DNA of 64,000 nucleotides from a plasmid: sequence record CP132210.1; one strand, 5' to 3'. Shown piece by piece: positions 57,002 to 64,000 of this stretch (position 1 is its first letter; each line of letters starts with the position of its first letter). The notes under the pieces were generated by a model. It saw only the letters and a program-made list of their open reading frames with translations, ran no database searches and was not told where the DNA came from. The position numbers and the translations under genes were made by a program.

Positions 57002-57834
57002 CGGTGTTCGGCATTCTGAATCTCACCGAGGACTCCTTCTTCGATGAGAGCCGGCGGCTAGACCCCGCCGGCGCTGTCACCGCGGCGATCGAAATGCTGC
57101 GAGTCGGATCAGACGTCGTGGATGTCGGACCGGCCGCCAGCCATCCGGACGCGAGGCCTGTATCGCCGGCCGATGAGATCAGACGTATTGCGCCGCTCTT
57201 AGACGCCCTGTCCGATCAGATGCACCGTGTTTCAATCGACAGCTTCCAACCGGAAACCCAGCGCTATGCGCTCAAGCGCGGCGTGGGCTACCTGAACGAT
57301 ATCCAAGGATTTCCTGACCCTGCGCTCTATCCCGATATTGCTGAGGCGGACTGCAGGCTGGTGGTTATGCACTCAGCGCAGCGGGATGGCATCGCCACCC
57401 GCACCGGTCACCTTCGACCCGAAGACGCGCTCGACGAGATTGTGCGGTTCTTCGAGGCGCGGGTTTCCGCCTTGCGACGGAGCGGGGTCGCTGCCGACCG
57501 GCTCATCCTCGATCCGGGGATGGGATTTTTCTTGAGCCCCGCACCGGAAACATCGCTGCACGTGCTGTCGAACCTTCAAAAGCTGAAGTCGGCGTTGGGG
57601 CTTCCGCTATTGGTCTCGGTGTCGCGGAAATCCTTCTTGGGCGCCACCGTTGGCCTTCCTGTAAAGGATCTGGGTCCAGCGAGCCTTGCGGCGGAACTTC
57701 ACGCGATCGGCAATGGCGCTGACTACGTCCGCACCCACGCGCCTGGAGATCTGCGAAGCGCAATCACCTTCTCGGAAACCCTCGCGAAATTTCGCAGTCG
57801 CGACGCCAGAGACCGAGGGTTAGATCATGCCTAG
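56995..57834 (+). CDS. sul1: dihydropteroate synthase Sul1
   Basis: [19 protein letters not shown]..., 279 aa, overlapping the qacEdelta1 end. Confidence 0.97.
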
Positions 57835-57961
57835 CATTCACCTTCCGGCCGCCCGCTAGCGGACCCTGGTCAGGTTCCGCGAAGGTGGGCGCAGACATGC
57901 TGGGCTCGTCAGGATCAAACTGCACTATGAGGCGGCGGTTCATACCGCGCCAGGGGAGCGA

Positions 57962-58462
57962 ATGGACAGCGAGGAGCCTCCGAACGTTCGGGTCGCCTGC
58001 TCGGGTGATATCGACGAGGTTGTGCGGCTGATGCACGACGCTGCGGCGTGGATGTCCGCCAAGGGAACGCCCGCCTGGGACGTCGCGCGGATCGACCGGA
58101 CATTCGCGGAGACCTTCGTCCTGAGATCCGAGCTCCTAGTCGCGAGTTGCAGCGACGGCATCGTCGGCTGTTGCACCTTGTCGGCCGAGGATCCCGAGTT
58201 CTGGCCCGACGCCCTCAAGGGGGAGGCCGCATATCTGCACAAGCTCGCGGTGCGACGGACACATGCGGGCCGGGGTGTCAGCTCCGCGCTGATCGAGGCT
58301 TGCCGCCATGCCGCGCGAACGCAGGGGTGCGCCAAGCTGCGGCTCGACTGCCACCCGAACCTGCGTGGCCTATACGAGCGGCTCGGATTCACCCACGTCG
58401 ACACTTTCAATCCCGGCTGGGATCCAACCTTCATCGCAGAACGCCTAGAACTCGAAATCTAA
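57962..58462 (+). CDS. orf5: orf5 GNAT-family acetyltransferase of the 3'-CS
   Basis: 166 aa, MDSEEPPNVRVACSGDIDEVVRLMH... Confidence 0.9.
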   Translation: MDSEEPPNVRVACSGDIDEVVRLMHDAAAWMSAKGTPAWDVARIDRTFAETFVLRSELLVASCSDGIVGCCTLSAEDPEFWPDALKGEAAYLHKLAVRRTHAGRGVSSALIEACRHAARTQGCAKLRLDCHPNLRGLYERLGFTHVDTFNPGWDPTFIAERLELEI

Positions 58463-58518
58463 CGTCCGTTCGGGCATCGAGGTCCATGTCGGGGTGGGAC
58501 GGGCCCGTGGCTTCAAGA

Positions 58519-59427
58519 TCACTTGCAGTCCGACCGCGATGTCTTGGTTGCGCGAGAGGTTGTCGATATGCTGAGTGTGCGATGGTTGATCGCTTCCTCG
58601 CCGCTCTCCACGGCGACGATGGCCGCCGCCATCAGCAAGTGCGCCAGTTCCCCTATGGTGCCCTCGCTGCGTGTGAGCAGGTAGCGAGCCATGTCCAGCG
58701 TGGCAATTGGGGAAGGCCGGCGCAGCGGGAGCGAAGCGGCGAAGCTGGCCAGCAGTGAGCAGCAATCGTCGTTGGCCTCCCATACCGGCAGCATCATCGG
58801 CTCGAAGCGATTTTCCAACTGGTCATCGGAGCGGATGGCTAGGTAGGCGTCGCGCGTGCCTACCCCAACCAACGGGATGCGCAGTTCGTTGCCGAGGAAG
58901 CGCAGCAGGTTGAGGAATTCCCGGCGGTTGACGCTGTTGCCGGCCAGCACGTTGTGCAGCTCGTCGATCACCAGCATGCGCACGCCGACCTTGCGCAGCA
59001 GTGCCAGAGCCAGTTGCTCCATTTCCGGCAACCGTGGGCGTGGGCGCAGCGGCGCGCCCATCGCGGCGAGCAGCGCGACGTAGAAGCGGATCACGGACGG
59101 CTCGGACGGCATCTGCACGACCAACACCGGGATGTGCTCCTGGTCGGCGTCGGAGCTGGCCGGGTGGGTGCGGCGGAACTTCTCGACGATCATCGACTTG
59201 CCATTGTTGGTCGGGCCAACCAGCAGCAGGTTGGGCATGCGTTGCTTGTTTGGCCACGCATAAAGGGCTTCCAGCCGGTTCAGCGCCTCGACTGCGCGCG
59301 GATAGCCGATCCAGCGGTCGGCGCGAAGGCGCTGGATGCGCTCGTCCGCCGGAAGACGGGCCAAGCCCTGGGCCGCCGGCAGCAGGTGGGACAGGTCGAT
59401 GATGGGATATTCGTCCACGGCTACCAC
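58519..59427 (-). CDS. tniB: TniB ATPase, altered/truncated C-terminus (tniBdelta-like)
   Basis: Walker A GPTNNGKS. C-terminus diverges (…TSRATKTSRSDCK). Confidence 0.75.
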   Translation of the reverse strand: MVAVDEYPIIDLSHLLPAAQGLARLPADERIQRLRADRWIGYPRAVEALNRLEALYAWPNKQRMPNLLLVGPTNNGKSMIVEKFRRTHPASSDADQEHIPVLVVQMPSEPSVIRFYVALLAAMGAPLRPRPRLPEMEQLALALLRKVGVRMLVIDELHNVLAGNSVNRREFLNLLRFLGNELRIPLVGVGTRDAYLAIRSDDQLENRFEPMMLPVWEANDDCCSLLASFAASLPLRRPSPIATLDMARYLLTRSEGTIGELAHLLMAAAIVAVESGEEAINHRTLSISTTSRATKTSRSDCK

Positions 59428-61100
59428 TCCTCAATCTGGTCGAACGGTTTGGCGGGTGGCAAGTTGTCTGCCTGCGGGTCGGCAATATCCGTATCCGGCG
59501 GAACGGGCTTGTCCGGCCGAGCTGATGTCTTGAGGTGCTGGCGGCGATCCGCGTCACGCCGCGCCTTGCGTGTGGCCTTCTGCGCGCTGGTCACAATCTC
59601 ACGCATCTGGCCGATCATGCGGAACAGCGCCGACTCATCCACCTGTTCGCGCCCTTGCTGCCGCAGTTTCGCCAGCGCCTGCCGTTGTTCCCAGAGGGTG
59701 ACAGCCGGATGCGACAAGGTACGGTAGGGAATTTCCAGGTAATGCTGTCCCTCCGGTTCCAGGACCCAGATACGGCTGATGTCGCGCGGATCGCGCCGGA
59801 TCAGAAAGGACGGCCAGCGTTCACGCCGCGCAATCCACGGCTTGAGCGCATCGGCGTAGTAGTGGATGTGGTCGATGACAAAGCCGGTGCGGGTCAGCGT
59901 GCGCCGGAGGATCGGCAGAAAATCGACCAGGAACGAAGTAGCGCGTGTGACGACGGCCGGTACGCCGACACGCGCCACGGCCTCGGCCCAGCGCGCGGCC
60001 GGCGGTTGGAGCAGGCCGTTGTGCACCGAACCGTGGTAGGTGCCGACCGCCAATGTGAGCCAGCGCTCTAGCTCGCGCAGCGTCAGGGCGGCCTTGTTTT
60101 CGGAATCGTAGTCGCCGCGCTGGTCAGGGTTGGAGAAGGTCGTTCCCGGCAGTTCGTCGTGAATCATCTGCATCGCCGTGCCGATGATCCGTTCCACGAT
60201 GCCGCCATAGTGCGGCTGTCCCAGCGGGCGATAGTCCAGCCGGATGCCATGCTGCTCGCAACCCCGGCGCAGGGCCTCGCTCTTGAACTCGGCCGCGTTG
60301 TCTAGGTAGAGCAGCAAGGGCTTGCCGCTCATCTGCCAATCCATTTCCACGTTCAGTCCTTCCAGCCAAGGGCGCTTGTCGCAGGCGACATGCACGAGGC
60401 ACAGGCCAACCGAAACGGCAGACGGCGCTTCCAGCGTGACGACCATGCCGAGCACGCAGCGGGTGAACACGTCGATGGCGAGGGTCAGGTACGGGCGGCC
60501 AATAGGTTGTCGGTCGCGGTCATCGACCACGATCAGGTCGATGACCGTATGGTCTATCTGCACCTGCTCCAGCGGCGCGGTCACGGCAGGAGGCTCGCCG
60601 CCCACACCTTGTAGGTCACGAGCGGCATCCTGGCCTTCCCGCCGGCGGATGACCTTGCGCGGGTCAAGGCTAGCGATCCGTAAGGCCACGGTATTGCGCG
60701 CCGGCACTCGCAGTTTTTGAGCCTTGCACACCTGAGTGACTTCGCGGTGAAAGGCCGCTAGGCTGCGCTTCTGCTTGGTCAGGAACCGCTTTTGCAGTAG
60801 CTCGTGGATGACGCGCTCGACCGGTTCCGGCAAGCGCCCCTTACCTTTACCTCCACCGGACTGGCCGGGCACCAGATCCGTCACGAGGCCGCTGCCTTGC
60901 CGGGCACGCCGGATCAGAACGTATACCTGGCGCCGAGACAAGCCCAGCGCCTGAGCCGCCATATCGGCCGCTTCGTGCCCGACCGTCTCCGACTGCGCCA
61001 ACGGACTGATGATCTCCGCACGACGGCGCGCACGCTCCCAAGCCTCATCAGGCAGAGTGGCCACGCCTTGTTCTGGAATCCGTGGGGTGTCCGTCGCCAT
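59421..61100 (-). CDS. tniA: Tn402-family transposase TniA
   Basis: MATDTPRIPEQGVATLPDEAWERARRR... Start 45 bp from the IS26 copy 3 boundary. Confidence 0.9.
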   Translation of the reverse strand: MATDTPRIPEQGVATLPDEAWERARRRAEIISPLAQSETVGHEAADMAAQALGLSRRQVYVLIRRARQGSGLVTDLVPGQSGGGKGKGRLPEPVERVIHELLQKRFLTKQKRSLAAFHREVTQVCKAQKLRVPARNTVALRIASLDPRKVIRRREGQDAARDLQGVGGEPPAVTAPLEQVQIDHTVIDLIVVDDRDRQPIGRPYLTLAIDVFTRCVLGMVVTLEAPSAVSVGLCLVHVACDKRPWLEGLNVEMDWQMSGKPLLLYLDNAAEFKSEALRRGCEQHGIRLDYRPLGQPHYGGIVERIIGTAMQMIHDELPGTTFSNPDQRGDYDSENKAALTLRELERWLTLAVGTYHGSVHNGLLQPPAARWAEAVARVGVPAVVTRATSFLVDFLPILRRTLTRTGFVIDHIHYYADALKPWIARRERWPSFLIRRDPRDISRIWVLEPEGQHYLEIPYRTLSHPAVTLWEQRQALAKLRQQGREQVDESALFRMIGQMREIVTSAQKATRKARRDADRRQHLKTSARPDKPVPPDTDIADPQADNLPPAKPFDQIEEW

Positions 61101-61145
61101 GCTCACCTCGCTTTGGTGCACACGAGTATTGAGCATAGTCGAGAT

Positions 61146-61965
61146 GGCACTGTTGCAAAGTTAGCGATGAGGCAGCCTTTTGTCTTATTCAAAGGCCTTA
61201 CATTTCAAAAACTCTGCTTACCAGGCGCATTTCGCCCAGGGGATCACCATAATAAAATGCTGAGGCCTGGCCTTTGCGTAGTGCACGCATCACCTCAATA
61301 CCTTTGATGGTGGCGTAAGCCGTCTTCATGGATTTAAATCCCAGCGTGGCGCCGATTATCCGTTTCAGTTTGCCATGATCGCATTCAATCACGTTGTTCC
61401 GGTACTTAATCTGTCGGTGTTCAACGTCAGACGGGCACCGGCCTTCGCGTTTGAGCAGAGCAAGCGCGCGACCATAGGCGGGCGCTTTATCCGTGTTGAT
61501 GAATCGCGGGATCTGCCACTTCTTCACGTTGTTGAGGATTTTACCCAGAAACCGGTATGCAGCTTTGCTGTTACGACGGGAGGAGAGATAAAAATCGACA
61601 GTGCGGCCCCGGCTGTCGACGGCCCGGTACAGATACGCCCAGCGGCCATTGACCTTCACGTAGGTTTCATCCATGTGCCACGGGCAAAGATCGGAAGGGT
61701 TACGCCAGTACCAGCGCAGCCGTTTTTCCATTTCAGGCGCATAACGCTGAACCCAGCGGTAAATCGTGGAGTGATCGACATTCACTCCGCGTTCAGCCAG
61801 CATCTCCTGCAGCTCACGGTAACTGATGCCGTATTTGCAGTACCAGCGTACGGCCCACAGAATGATGTCACGCTGAAAATGCCGGCCTTTGAATGGGTTC
61901 ATGTGCAGCTCCATCAGCAAAAGGGGATGATAAGTTTATCACCACCGACTATTTGCAACAGTGCC
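61146..61965 (-). mobile_element. IS26 copy 3 (820 bp), inserted between the tniA upstream region and merD
   Basis: IRs at 61146 and 61965. Confidence 0.97.
61198..61902 (-). CDS. tnp26: IS26 transposase Tnp26
   Basis: Identical to the other copies. Confidence 0.95.
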   Translation of the reverse strand: MNPFKGRHFQRDIILWAVRWYCKYGISYRELQEMLAERGVNVDHSTIYRWVQRYAPEMEKRLRWYWRNPSDLCPWHMDETYVKVNGRWAYLYRAVDSRGRTVDFYLSSRRNSKAAYRFLGKILNNVKKWQIPRFINTDKAPAYGRALALLKREGRCPSDVEHRQIKYRNNVIECDHGKLKRIIGATLGFKSMKTAYATIKGIEVMRALRKGQASAFYYGDPLGEMRLVSRVFEM

Positions 61966-62222
61966 GCAAGCTGCGCAGACGCACCGTCACCGTCCGCAGC
62001 ATCCAGCGCCCGGCACAGCCGCGCCAGTGCGTCCAGGCCGATACCCGCTTCGAAGGCAGCCCGTACAAAGCGCAGCCGTTGCAACGCGGTGTCATCGAAC
62101 AAGCCGTAGCCGCCCGTGGTGCACGCGACCGGCCGTAGCAATCCGCGCAGCAGGTAGTCGCGCACGATATGCACGCTCACCCCGGCATCAAGGGCCAGCC
62201 GGGACACTGTGTAGGCGCTCAT
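61966..62222 (-). pseudogene. merD: merD, 3'-truncated by IS26
   Basis: [33 protein letters not shown]... The reading frame runs into the IS26 IR. Confidence 0.8.
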
Positions 62223-62239
62223 TGAACACCTCCTTTTCC

Positions 62240-64000
<1,761 letters not shown>

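Noticed and set aside
58048-59727. Plus-strand ORFs overlapping tniB and tniA (58048-58758, 58954-59727, 59535-60071)
   Set aside because: Antisense artefacts in high-GC tni DNA.

Overview
This 64-kb window is a mosaic of two very different DNA types.

**Region A, 1–33463 (about 50% GC, accessory or plasmid backbone-like).**
- Positions 47–21088 hold a co-oriented array of about 29 genes. Only some can be given a function: a DUF3150-like protein, a CobT-like VWA protein, a putative amino-DNA methyltransferase, a YfaE-like 2Fe-2S ferredoxin, a C5 cytosine methyltransferase, an 817-aa PAPS-reductase-family protein, a YfbR-like HD 5'-deoxynucleotidase and a Zn-ribbon/TOPRIM primase.
- Two repeat families punctuate the array. 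Family A is about 20 short GC-rich TAACCC-N-GGGG hairpin elements sitting just 5' of each RBS. Family B is five terminator-plus-promoter-like modules, two of which share an identical 59-bp core.
- Downstream of the array lie: an iteron-flanked two-gene module, an HC(X5)R phosphatase-like gene, and a tyrosine integrase with distinctive palindromes.
- Further downstream: a hipBA locus with four TAACC-N8-GG(T/A)TA operators and a translationally coupled third gene; a PAAR–Tle1 (DUF2235) type VI effector with a putative immunity gene; and a gene truncated by a transposon.

**Region B, 33464–64000 (high GC, well-known resistance mosaic).** This is a Tn21-family transposon (tnpA, tnpR, res, tnpM) rearranged by one IS6100 and three IS26 copies. 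It carries:
- class 1 integron 1 with a dfrA cassette, followed by an inverted IRt plus a 123-bp tni fragment and IS6100;
- the mphR(A)-mrx-mph(A) macrolide resistance module;
- a Tn1721-type mcp fragment with its IR, then Klebsiella-derived ygbI and blaSHV (substitutions L35Q, G238S, E240K, as in SHV-12);
- a resolvase/vapBC stability module with back-to-back 25-bp IRs;
- class 1 integron 2 carrying blaVIM-1, an aac(6')-Ib Leu-to-Ser variant, aph(3')-XV, aadA1 and catB2, followed by qacEdelta1, sul1, orf5, a truncated tniB and tniA;
- truncated merD and merA.

No rRNA, tRNA or CRISPR array was seen. The novel candidates are all in region A. The leading one is the repeat-punctuated array of DNA-modification and DNA-metabolism genes, which could be an anti-defence island resembling a conjugative-plasmid leading region. 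The others are the regulatory repeat families, the three-gene hipBA locus, the PAAR–Tle1 effector pair and the iteron-flanked module.
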